From Mobula hypostoma (lineage: Eukaryota), in the NCBI RefSeq assembly GCF_963921235.1, contig NC_086110.1, positions 13,330,001-13,394,000 of the forward strand: a DNA stretch of 64,000 bases. The letters run 5' to 3'. Positions 47,401 to 59,290 of the stretch are shown here, one piece after another. Numbering within the stretch: position 1 is the first letter of the stretch; each line of letters begins with the position of its first letter. The notes below the pieces were generated by a model. That model was not told the DNA's origin, ran no database searches, and saw only the letters and a list, made by a program, of their open reading frames with translations. A program made the translations under genes and the position numbers.

Positions 47401-50400
47401 GTGCTCAGGCTTGAGGCTAGGAGAAAGGCTGCAGTCTTTAGGCTTGAGACTAAGCAAGAGGATGGAGTATCAGGCTTGAGGCTAGGCAGGAGGCTGGAGT
47501 ATTCAGCATTTAGGCTAGGCAGAAAGCGAAGCTGGGCAGGGCGTGGCTCACCTGGGCAGAACGCGGATCACCTGGTCAGGGCACTGTACTCCTGGGCAGG
47601 GCGCGGTACTCCTGGGCACGTCGCCGTTCACCACCAGATGGAGGCATGGGACAGGTTGGGACAGAACCAACCGCAGGTAACGGCGAGACGGCTTGGCTTA
47701 CCCGACGGAGGCAAGGGATAGGAAGGGACGTAACCACCGCAGGTAACGGCAAGAGGGCCCGGTTTACTTGTGCGGAGGCAAGGGGCAGGAAGGAAGCTAG
47801 GTACAGGGTGGCTCCAGGGCAAGACTGCAGGCGAGACGAGGCGAGAGTTACCAGCAAGACAAGGCAGGGCTTCAGGCAATGCAAGGCGAGACGAGAACTT
47901 CAGGTGAGGGGAGAGTTACCGGCAAGACAAGGCAAGGCTTCTGGCAAAGCAAGGCAAGAATGGAACTTCAGGCGAGCCGAGAGTTACCGGCAAGACAAGG
48001 CAGGGCTTCAGGCGAGGAAACAAGAGGCAGAGGAAGGGATACAAGAAGCAGGACAAGAACAATCCAGCCGCCACGCCCTGGTCTCTGAAGGTATTTATGT
48101 AGCCAGCCCCAACCAGAATTAGGTGACTCAATTAGAGCTCAACAAGAACAGCAACAGGGTAGACAGTCTTGCCTCAGGCCCGGACCCCAGAACCAGGCAA
48201 GGACGAAGCTTGGCAGGCAGTCCTAGAGACTTGAGGCGAGGCTTGGCAGGAGGCAGGAGACTTCACTCGAGGCTTGGCAGGGGGCGTGGACCGAGCCAGA
48301 GAGTGGACAAGCATCCAGTACCTGGGTCCTGCCTCTGGCTCGGACCCTAGAACCAGGCAAGGACAAGGCTTAACTAGCAGGCAGGACGAAGCTGGAGTCT
48401 GAGAGACTTGAGGCGAGGCTTGGCAGGAGGCAGGTGACTCGAGGCGAGGCTTGGCAGGAGGCTAGAGGCGTGAGGCAAGGCTTGGCTGGAGGATAGAGAC
48501 TTGAGGCTAGGCAGGAGGCTGCAGTCTTCAGGCTTGAGCCTAGGCAGGAGGCTGCAGTCTTCAATCTTGAGGATAGGCAGAAGGCTGCAGTCTTCGGGCT
48601 TGAGGCTAGGCAGGAGGCTGAAGTCTTCGGGCTTGAGGCTCGGCAGGAGGCTGCAGTCTTCAGGCTTGAGGCTAGGCAGGACGCTGGATTCTTCAGGATT
48701 GAGGGTAGGCAGGAGGCTGCAGTCTTCAGGCTTGAGGCTAGGCAGGAGACTGGAGACTTCAGGCTTGAGACTAGGCAGGAGGCTGCAGTCTTCATGCTTG
48801 AGGCTAGGCAGGAGACTGGAGTCTTCAAACTTGAGGCTATGCCGGAGGCTACAGTCTTCAGGCTTGAGGCTAGGCAGGAGAATGGAGTCTTCAGGCTTGA
48901 GAGTATCTTAGCTCCTCCGGGGCAGTGCGCGGTACTCCTGGGCAGGGCGCGGTTCAGCAGCCGACGGAAGCATAGAAGAGGAAGGGACAGAACCAACCGC
49001 AGGTAACAGCGAGACGGCCTGGCTTACCCGACGGAGGTAAAGGACAGGAAGGGACAGAAGCAACCGCAGGTAACGGCAAGACCGGTGCGGAGGCAAGGGA
49101 CAGGAAGGGGGCAAGGTACATGATGGCTGCATGACAAGACTGCAGGCGAGACGAGGCGAGAGGTACCAGCAAGAAAAGGTAAGGCTTCAGGCAATGCAAG
49201 GCGAGACGGGAACTTCAGGCGAGCAGAGAGTTACCGGCAAGACAAGGCAGTGCTTCAGGCGAGGAAACAAGAGGGCCTGGTTTACTTGTGCGGAGGCAAG
49301 GGGCAGGAAGGGAGCGAGGTACAGGGTGGCTCCAGGACAAGACTGCAGGCGAGACGAGGCGAGAGTTACCAGCAAGACAAGGCAAGGCTTCAGGCGAGGA
49401 AACAAGAGGCAGAGGAAGCGATACAAGAAGCAGGAGAAGAACAATCCAACCGCCACGCCCTGGTCTCTGAAGCTATTTATGCAGGCAGCCCCAACCAGCA
49501 TCAGCTGACTCAATTACAGCTCAACAAGAACAGCAACAGGGTAGACAGGAAAACCTGGAGCAAGGATCGATGGACCGGACAGTGAAATGGAATACGGACT
49601 TAACGGACAGGACAATGTCAGTACCACCCACCTCACCCCACGCCTCAACGGGAGCCTCGGGCGACCAAACATGGTATCTAGACTATGGACTACCCTGTTG
49701 AACCGAAAGAAAACCCGGGTGGCAAGAGGAAAACGACAGTGTCTTTGTCCCTGGGTCCATGGTTGGGTGGATTTTTCTGTCATATGGTGGTGGCTGGGAG
49801 CGGACCCAAGTGCAAGACACAGACACTGAAGTACAAGGGACAGGACTAGGATGCAGGCTCATGGCAAGGACATGGACACGAAAACCAGGAACCTGGAACA
49901 GGTCTGGACAAGAGAGCTAGGAGCCCGGGCTTGGACTCCGAGCCAGAGGCTGGACAAGAAACCAGGAGGGTCTTGCCTCTGGCTCTAACCCCAGAACCAG
50001 GCAAGGACGAGGCTTCGCTGGGAAGCAGGACAAGGCTGGAAACTTAGAGACTTGAGGCGAGGCTTGGTAGGATGAAGTCGACTTGAGGCGAAGCTTGGCA
50101 GGAGGCAGGAGACTTGACATGAGGCTTGGCAGGAGGCAGGAGACTTGAGGCGAGGCTTGGCAGTTAGCTCGTGACTTGAGGCTTGAGGGTAGGCAGGAGG
50201 CTGCAGTCATCAGGCTTGAGGCCACGAAGGAGGATGGAGTCTTCAGGCTTGAGGATAGGCAGGAGGCTGCAGTATTCAGGTTTCAGGCTAGGAAGGACGC
50301 TAGAGTCTTCAGGCTTGAGGGTAGGCAGGAGGCTGGAGCCTTCAGATTTGAGGCTAGGCAGGAGAATGCAGTGTTCAGGCTTCAGGCTAGGAAGGAGGCT

Positions 50401-51714
50401 GGAGTCTTCACGCTTGAGGATAGGCAAGAGGCTGCAGTGCTCAGGCAGGCTTGAGGCTAGGAAGGAGGCTGCAGTCTTTAGGCTTGAGACTAAGCAGGAG
50501 GATGGAGTATCAGGCTTGAGGCTAGGCAGGAGGCTGGAGTATTCAGCCTTGAGACTAAGCAGGAGGATGGAGTATCAGGCTTAAGGCTAGGCAGGAGGCT
50601 GGAGTCTTCAGGCTTGAGGCTTGGCAGGAAGCTGGAGACTTCAGGCTTGAGGCTAGGCAGGAGGCTGGAGAATTCAGGCTTGAGGCTAGGCAAGAGGCTG
50701 GAATCTTCAGGCTTGAGGGTAGCTGAGCTCCTCCGGAGCAGGGCGCGGTACTCCCGGGCAGGGCGCGGCTCACCTGGGCAGAGCGCGGATCACCTGGTGA
50801 GGGCACTGTCCTCCTGGGCAGGGCGCGGTACTCCTGGGCACGGCGCCGTTCACCACCAGATGGAGGCGTGGGACAGGTTGGGACAGAACCAACCGCAGGT
50901 AACGGCGAGACGTCTTGGCTTACCCGACGGAGGCAAGGGATAGGGAGGGACGTAACCAACCGCAGGTAACGGCAAGAGGGCCTGGTTTACTTGTGCGGAA
51001 GCAAGGGGCAGGAAGGGAGCTAGGTACAGGGTGGCTCCAGGACAAGACTGCAGGCGAGACGAGGCGAGAGTTACCAGCAAGACAAGGCAAGGCTTCAGGC
51101 AATGCAAGGCGAGACGAGAACTTCAGGTGAGGGGAGAGTTACCGGCAAGACAAGGCAAGGCTTCTGGCAAAGCAAGGCAAGAATGGAACTTCAGGCGAGC
51201 CGAGAGTTACCGGCAAGACAAGGCAGGGCTTCAGGCGAGGAAACAAAAGGCAGAGGAAGGGATACAAGAAGCAGGACAAGAACAATCCAGCCGCCGCTCC
51301 CTGTTCTCTGAAGATATTTATGCAGCCAGCCCCAACCAGAATTAGGTGACTCAATTAGAGCTCAACAATTACAGCAACAGGGTAGTCAGGAAAACCTGTT
51401 GCAAGGATCAATGGACCGGAACGTGAACCGGAATACAGACTAGACGGACGGGACCATGACAAAGAAGGCAAGGAAGAAATTGTATGTGTGACATTTCGAC
51501 CAATATTTGTTCTAAATGTGGATTACAACATATTTACCTCCATCGTGGCCAAACGATGAGAAGAGTAGAGTCGAAACCCAGACTGATACATAATGATCAT
51601 AGAGTTTTATACAACAACGCCAAACACAAGACAATGTACGAAGGACACTTCATATTATTGATCATATAAAATAATTGAAATTCAAGCAATAGTGATAGGA
51701 TCAACACCGGAGGA

Positions 51715-53640
51715 GCATGAGACGTGACTGTTTATGTGTCAGGCCGCCTAAAAGCGGAAGGGTTGAAACTCGCACTGGACAAGTTCCTGCTCTTAAGACG
51801 TCAGTTAACTAAGTCATTCACATAGTCTCCCCGGATGTAGTGGCGACGGATCCATCGAAGATACAGGCGGTAACCACATGGCCAGGGACCAAGAATGTGA
51901 GGGTCGTACGTTCATTCCTTGGATTTTGTGGGTACTACCGGAGATTTGTAAAGGGCCACTCCAGAGTAAGCCATCAGTTGAATGAACTTCTGTATGATTA
52001 CCCTCCCTTAGTGAAGGAAGGTATGGAACAAAGGGAGAAGAAGGCAAGGTTTATCTTCGCTCTTCGGAGCCTTTAGAGGAAAGATGGGATGCAAAGTGTG
52101 AAGAGGCATTTCAGCTGCTGAAGAGTTATTGACTAAAGCACCCTTGCCTGCCTTTGCAAAGCAACAGTTGCCGTATTTATTGCACACAGACGCCAGCCGT
52201 TATGGATTGGGCGGTGTTCTATATCAGGATGAAGATTTTGATTTCTGCCTTGCATATCGGCCTCGAAGTCAAAGCAATGATGCGGCTGCGTTGTCACGAA
52301 GTTCTCATGAGGTGCCGGCAAAAGACTGAGAGTGGGAGGACGCTCCTGTCTCTGGTATTAAGGCAATGTGCCAGTTTTCCACAGCTGGGGAATCAGAGCA
52401 CAGACTTTAGCCTGATACAGCGATGATTATTTGGGAGCTTCGAACCATGCCATTCCCTAAGTATATTGCAACTTGACCGCGCTGAATACGAAGAAGCTGC
52501 TCGCCTCGAGTACTTCGGATTTGGCAGCAGCTCAGCAAGCCGACACTTGTAAAGCTGCCTTCTAGTTTTCTGTTGTCAAGGTCGTTATGGGCGCAGTTGA
52601 GAAGACAAAACACCCTGCCATGCCCATACCTATGAGGAAATGGGACAAACTGGACTTGAGGAACAAAGCTTTACACAGTGTTCCATTTCACCCAGATAGA
52701 CCTCGACGTTCCCAGTTGCGTTTCCCTGAAAGAAATATTCGAAGATTGTACTGAAGTCACTTTAGGTCATTTGGCATTTGCTAAGACTTCCGGATTAGTC
52801 CAAGATCGGTTTTATTGGACACGAGTGAAGCCTGAAGTTGAAAAGTACTGCACGTCGTGCATCCAATGCATTCGGAGGAAGACGCTGCCCACCAGAGTTG
52901 TCTGTTAGACGCTGCCTTTATCTCATTTACAAAGAAATGGATCACTTGTCAGTGTGTGTATGGAATTCCTGTCCATGGAGCCTGATTCCAGTAACACTGC
53001 GAACGTCTTGGTCACCACGGACCAATACACCAGATATGCTCAAGCCTTCTCCACTAAGGATCAGAGAGTATCCACAGTTGTCAAAATGTTATGAGATAAA
53101 TATATTATTCATTATGGCCTCCTGAGAAGGATACACAGTAAGCAGGGAAGAGATTTTTAGAGCCTGGTCATATATAAGTTACTCAGCATGCTTGGAGTTG
53201 AGAAGTCAAAGACTACGCCATGTCACTCTTAAGGTGATCCTCAGCCTGAAAGATTCAACAGCACATTGATCGACATGCTTGTGACCCTGGATGCCAACAG
53301 AAAAAAAAAGTGGAGCCAACATATTAGACATTTGATACACTGCTGCAACTGCACACAGAATAAATTGGAGTTGCCGCAGAACACGTATCGGAAGTATGTG
53401 TCTGACGTGAGGAAAGAAATGCAAAAAGCCTATTAGTTAGTAGCAGTTTCTGCTACCAAGCAAAACCAAGGTAAGTTAGAAGAGATATGGTCAAAGAATC
53501 ATATTCTTCCAGTTGATGCCTGGAGAAAGAGTTTGAATAATAAGTTTGGGACTACAAGGGAAGCAGAAGTTTGCCAACCACTGGATTTCTACGGCTTACG
53601 TAGTGGAGAGCCAGATTACAGATTTGCTAGTTATCCGGGT
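51715..53640 (+). mobile_element. Degraded Gypsy pol fragment (RT-RH-IN)
   Basis: VATDPSKIQAVTTWP..VRSFLGFCGYYRRFV; LHTDASRYGLGGVLYQ; integrase core (AFSTKDQR..IHSKQGRDF). Confidence 0.85.
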
Positions 53641-54976
53641 GAAGCCCAGCTCTATAAGACGGTGCACTTTGGAGGCCACCCGAAACTCCGTTCTGCTCAG
53701 GAATCCGCATACTATCTCGTGTCTGATCGAGGTCCTTAATTCATCTCGCAGGTATGGAAGGCCTTCTGTCAAGCCTTAGGTGCCTCGGTCAGCCTGTCTT
53801 CCAGCTTTCACCCACAGACGAACGGGCAAACGGAACGGGTCAACCAGGACTTAGCTACGTTGTATTACAACCAACAATCAATCTACCTGGAGCGACCACC
53901 TCGAGTGGGTTGAGTAAGCCCACAAATCTCTGGTTCGTACTGCCATCGGAAGGTCTCCGTTGAGTACTCCCTTGGGTACCAACCCCCGCTATTCCCGCGT
54001 GAAGAGGAGATTGCGGTGCCGTCTGTTCACGCCCATATCTATCGGTGCCACAAGCTTGACAGACGTACGATCAGCCGATCTCAATAGGAAGATTGCCGAT
54101 CGACACCGAACTCCTGCGCCTCAGTATCGACCTGGGCAGATGGTATGGCTTTCATCCAAAGACATCCCTCTCAAAAACGAGCCTAAGAAACTCACCCCTC
54201 GCTTTCTGGGACTTCTCAAGGTCGAAAATATCGTCAACCCGACAGCAGTCTGAATTAAACTACCAAGATCTATGCACATCCACCCTATTTTTCATGTTTC
54301 CCAATTAAAACCACTTTCCGTCAGCCCCTTGTGTCATATGACCGAAACCCCTCCACCCGCCCCGATCAGCGACAACCATCCGGCATACACCGTCCGACGG
54401 CTACTAGATGTGTGCCGTCACGGCAGGAGACTCCAATACCTGGTCGACTGGGAAGGGTACGGCCCAGAGGAGCGCTCCTGGGTTCCCCGCTTCCTCATCC
54501 TGGACACCTTCCTCATCCAAGACTTCCATCGGGACCATCCGGACAAGCCTGGAGGATCGCCTGGAGGCTTCCGTTTGGACCGAAAACTGTCGTGGTCCCG
54601 TCTGGCAATCCCCATCTTGCTATTACTTCCTTAGTTGGGCCTGAATCCGCTTGTCTGATTTCCAATCATTCCCAGTTCCGCTAATTACAGCCACCTGGTA
54701 CCCACTAGCGAACATAGGATAAAACTCGGGCGGCACAGCCATGCTTTGCCAGTTCGTTGGTCGACTCTAGTGTGAGTAAACCTCGTTTCCTGATTCCTTG
54801 TGACTGTCAGTTCTAAGCTCCACATTATTTCCAGCATACTCTACGTAAACCTTGTTTCCGTGTGAAGACTCTCCTGGATACCGGTTCCCCGTTCGTAGCG
54901 GTGCTAACGCCTCTCGACTCTGCCTCCGCGACTTTGTCCTGCACTTGGGTTCGTCCTCAGCCTCATCTTTGCAACA
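53640..54976 (+). mobile_element. Sushi-like chromovirus 3' fragment (IN, chromodomain, 3' LTR 54588-54976)
   Basis: [27 protein letters not shown]; GQMVWLSSKDIPLK..KLTPRFLG; chromodomain [29 protein letters not shown] runs TGTCGTGG...GCAACA. Confidence 0.9.
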
Positions 54977-55606
54977 ACATTAACATAGATTTCATAACCA
55001 TATGAGCATAATTTCAAAATTAGATTAACATTATCAGAAAGTAAATTCCAGCTGCGTGACAACAAAGGCTATGTGCCCAAGAGCACGTCAGTTACTGCGC
55101 GGCTGCATACCCGCACAGCTTAATTGGAACAGTGGGGGCAAGTGTATACAGACCACATAGGGAGAAGGCTGGTTTCCTAATGAACTGATCTGCCTGCACA
55201 AACTTCTGTAATTTTGGTCATGCTGTTCGTTCCAGTCTCCCGCTGTCTAAATTTTGAGTATTATCATTGACTTGAAACCAGCAAAGAGCCTTGAAGCACG
55301 TCAAGGTTGAACATTGATATACAAGAGCTTCCACATTGTGATCATTACAGACGCGAATTCTCTCTCTACGAAAAAAAAACATCATTTTCACATGGACACG
55401 TGGATAAAGTACCCGTCCAGAGACGGATGTACTATTTTCGTTGGATTAAAAAAAAGGGTCATGCAGAAAAGGATACCCAATAAATAAACAAAGCAACCCT
55501 CTTTGTGTTACGTCACCACGGTTTCGTGTACTGTAGGTGTCACTTTAAAACGCCTGGATGCGGCGGAACTATGACGTCAGTATACCAAGCTGCGACAGAC
55601 CTCTGG

Positions 55607-55738
55607 NNNNNNNNNNNNNNNNNNNNNNNNNNNNNNNNNNNNNNNNNNNNNNNNNNNNNNNNNNNNNNNNNNNNNNNNNNNNNNNNNNNNNNNNNNNNNN
55701 NNNNNNNNNNNNNNNNNNNNNNNNNNNNNNNNNNNNNN
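55607..55738. other. Assembly gap (132 N)
   Basis: Run of N. Confidence 1.
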
Positions 55739-56199
55739 CCGCAGGAACTTGCTGCAACAATGTGTAACGTCTGATGCTTTCCCATGCCCAAAGGATTGGG
55801 TTGATCAACGGCACACAATGACCATTGGATGTGTGACTGTCACTTCCAATGATCTATTCGTGGATTTTGTTGGAGTACCCTGTGGCGACCACCTTTATTA
55901 ACCCTGACATGGTTATCGGCATGGTATGTGGTAACCACTTGTGATAAGGAATATTCCATGACTGTCACCGTGTAATATTTCTACGTGGATTTCGGGACGA
56001 CTCGATGGATAAGATCTGCTGCGACTGTTACTTCGATTTCCCAACGTGAAACCTGTAGAATCCTTAGTGACCGCCTCCTCTCTACATTTTAATGTGGATT
56101 TACAAGTTTCTCCCCTCATTTATTCCGTGGATTACTGGACCTTTCTAGTTTGCCATATTAAGATTTTAAGAACTGTCCCTTAGAAATTCTGTCGAAAGT

Positions 56200-56630
56200 C
56201 AATGATGTGGATTATATAGTGAAAACAGCAGATAGCACAAGGCCAACCCAGCTTTGTCACGTAAACATGCTTCAGCTATATCATGAGAAACAGACAGCAG
56301 CTGTGACGGTTGCTGTCAATAACAATGAATCTGAACTCTCTGGGAATTTGCTAGCTGATCCATCTGAGGTTTATTTTAAATCAAACATTATTTCAACCAG
56401 ATTGACAAACTCGACTATTTTGGAAAATCCTAATGAGAAATTGGCTTAGTTACAGCCACAGCAATGGCAACAGATGAAGATGTTGATCATGAAATTTAAG
56501 GATTTGTTCCCTGAAGTTCCAAAAAGAACAACAGTAGCCTCACATGATGTAGATAGCAGTGATGTCAAACCTATAAAACAGCATCTGTATTGCATGAATC
56601 TTGAAATATATAGACCTGCTGAACAAGAGA
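56200..56630 (+). mobile_element. Gypsy fragment: integrase C-terminus followed by RT start (Gmr1-like order)
   Basis: DYIVKT..QLCHVNML, then KFKDLFPEVPKRTTVASHDVD..KPIKQHLY. Confidence 0.6.
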
Positions 56631-57066
56631 TGGTGCTGGAGGATTGGCGTATTGCTCATGTGGTTCCATTGTTTAAAAAGGTTTCTAAGAGTAAACCTAG
56701 CAAATATCGGCCTGTGAGTTTGACGTCAGTGGTGGGTAAATTGATAGAAAATATTCTAGAGATGGTACACATAATTATCTGGGTAGACAGTGTCTGACTA
56801 GGAACAGTCAACGTGGATTTATGCGTGAAAGGTCATGTTTGACAAATCTTATTGACTCTTTTGATGCGGTTACTAGGAAAGTTGACGAGGGTAAAGCGGT
56901 GGATGTTTTCTATATGGACTTCAGTAAGGCCTTTTACAAGGTTCTACACGCAAGGTTAGTTAGGAAGGTTCAATCGTTGGGCATTAAGTAGTAAAATGGA
57001 TTCAGCAGTGGCTGGATGGGCGACGCCAGAGAGTAGTGGTGGATAACTGTGTGTCAAATTGGAGGA
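56630..57066 (+). mobile_element. CR1 RT fragment
   Basis: LEDWRIAHVVPLFKK..KYRPVSLTSVVGKLIENIL..YMDFSKAF. Truncated by an L1 5' end. Confidence 0.85.
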
Positions 57067-59290
57067 CGGGGGGACTTCCGGGTCGTAAAAAAAGAAAGTA
57101 AACTGTCCCAAAATCGAATTGAGACGAATACTTAATATTCCATAACTATATTAATAAAAGGGGCAAGGATGATGTCGAAAAGAAAATTAAAAAGTCCGCT
57201 CCGAAGGCTGATAAACACAAAGAGACGCACCAAGGCGACGGGCCTAGCTCCCCCACGGCAAGCCAGGACGGAGAGAATGAGGGGGAATCGTTGACTCTGT
57301 CTTTGATTCTCGGAAGGATTCGCGAGTTCCGACAAGATAACAGCAAACAGCTGGAAGATATTAAATGAGAAATAGTAAAAACTAACTCGTGGATAGATGA
57401 AACCGAAGCGAGGATTGTTGGAATTGAAGAGAAGCTACAACACGCCGAGGAAGTGATAGCAGAAATGCTAAAGCTGCTAGAGCAGCTCCAGTGGAAACTA
57501 ATAGATCAAGAAGGCCGCTCAAGAAGGGAAAATGTGAGGATTTACGGAGTTCCCGAAGGAACTGAAGGTAAACCCGGTTTGATGATTCCCTTCGTGGAGA
57601 AGTTGCTGAGAGAGAACCTTGATATACCGGCTGCAAAAGACCTACAGATAGAAAGGGCTCACCGCGCGTTGGCACCACAGCCTCCGGCAAGCGCCCAGCC
57701 CAGATCGATTCTGGTCAGATTTCTCAGTTACAGAACGAAGGAAGAGGTGCTTAAACGGGCATGGCAGAAGAAAAGTTTCACGTGGAGCAATTGTAAAATC
57801 AGTTTAGACCACGACTACGCACCGGGGATTCTTGCCAGACGGAAGGAATATACGGAAACACGGAGGGTCCTGAAGGAAAACAACATCAGATTCCAGACCC
57901 TGTATCCAGCTCGGCTGAGAGTCCTTTACGACGAAGGGACAAAAACTTACGCTACGGTGCAGGAGGCAACATTGGACCTGGCGGACCGGGGACTACCTAT
58001 TAAAGTTATCACCCAACCGGAGTCGCTACTGGAGAGGATTCGGCAGAAGACGTGGAAGCCAGTGTGGTGAGGACGCTCCACACGAACCAGAGTGTCAAAC
58101 TACAAGGAAAAGCTGCAAATATTCAGACGCGAAAGTACAGAGAAAACAGATTAATTAAGAGAAATGACTGAAAAGAATAAATCGGACTTAAAGGTAAAAT
58201 GAAAACTGGTAACTGAAAATAAACTAGACGGAATAACTTGAATGATAGCAATATGGTCGAGACACAAACAGGAGACAATTCTCTATGATTATTCAAACTG
58301 CTGAGGGCCCTCTAACACAGGGTGAAGATAGAGGTTATCCCTCTGAACTGAGGCGGGTCGGTGCTCAGGCCTCACTGTGGGAAGTCGGGAAAAATTTTCA
58401 AATGTTACACGTTCAAAAATGTCTAGGGTGTGGTTATATGTCTTGGTTTACTGTTGAGAAGGGATTGCTTACTGTTTGGTTAGAAAAGGAGAGTGTCTTT
58501 TTTCTACTAGAGAAAAATGCAAACTGAATTGGTAAAAATAATTTCCTATAATGTTAATGGGGTTTTGAATCCAATTAAAAGAAGTAAGATTATGTCTAAA
58601 TTGAAAAAAGAGAGGGCACATATAGCTTTCCTCCAAGAAACACATATGAGCCACTCTGAACATGAAAAATTAAAAAGAATGGGCTTTAAGCATATATTTT
58701 ATTCATTATATAAATTGAGTCACAAAAGAGGGGTAGCTACTTTCATATCAAGTACTCTTAATTATGAACATATTTCAGAGATTAAAGACAAAGAAGGACG
58801 GTTTGTAAAAATTACAGGAAGAATAGAAGGTACAGAAATAACATTGCTAAATGTTTATGCTCCTCCAGGTTGTGAATGGTCATTCTATAGACACATTTTT
58901 GATCTAATGGTCAGTTCTCAAGGGGTAGTAATTTGTGGAGGGGATTTTAACATTAGATTAAATCCTGTATTAGATTCTTCAAGAATAGTTACTCAGAATA
59001 AACCTCTGACTCGAAAAATGAATTTATTAATGGAGGAGTTGGGAATTATAGATGTGTGGAGGGAATTACACCCCACTAGTAAAGATTATACACATTACTC
59101 TTTCCCTCATTCAGCCTATTCAAGGATAGACTATTTCTTTATCTTTAATGCAGATAGACTCAGGATAAAAAAAAACTGTAATATTGCAGCAGTTGATCTG
59201 TCGGATCATAGCCCAGTCTCTATGTCTCTAATCCTGGAATGGAAAATGAGGAAAACACTATGGAGGCTAAACTCACATATACTCAATAAC
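57067..59290 (+). mobile_element. L1 5' portion (5' UTR, ORF1, endonuclease of ORF2)
   Basis: Starts GGGGGACTTCCGG. ORF1 DQEGRSRRENVRIYGVPE..IERAHR..PRSILVRF..LYPARL has one TGA near 57366. ORF2 ISYNVNG..FLQETH..NVYAP..GGDFN..SRIDYF..SDHSPV is open for about 260 aa. Confidence 0.92.

Larger units (their letters stand above)
39218..51461 (-). mobile_element. Tandem array of seven long LTRs and five mini internal spacers (non-autonomous, Sushi/chromovirus-derived)
   Basis: TGTCA...TGACA termini with TSD AAGAA (39213-39217, 51462-51466). LTRs 39218-41252, 41425-42883, 43056-44449, 44608-46224, 46382-~48166 (fused to) ~48167-49620, and 49778-51461. Spacers 41253-41424, 42884-43055, 44450-44607, 46225-46381 and 49621-49777. 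Confidence 0.9.
36568..51700 (+). mobile_element. Degraded L1 ORF2 split by a CR1 and by the LTR array (segments 36568-36763, 38020-39217, 51462-~51700)
   Basis: EN: KKEQAHVVYFQETQL..DKEGR|YIVVRGNIDG..LLNIYAP..CGGDIN. RT start continues across the array: ..WKEVIISAISKE|KEGKEEIVCVTFRPIFVLNVDY. Confidence 0.88.

Noticed and set aside
39760-50720. Ig switch-region-like or p53-element array
   Set aside because: The pentamer is AGGCT, not the AID hotspot AGCT. RRRCWWG cores lack the 3' YYY. The repeats lie within TSD-bounded LTRs far from any C exon.
39765-50959. Many long ORFs (up to 311 aa) with 11-aa periodicity
   Set aside because: They are translations of the 33-bp minisatellite in several frames and both strands, inside LTRs, with no domain features.
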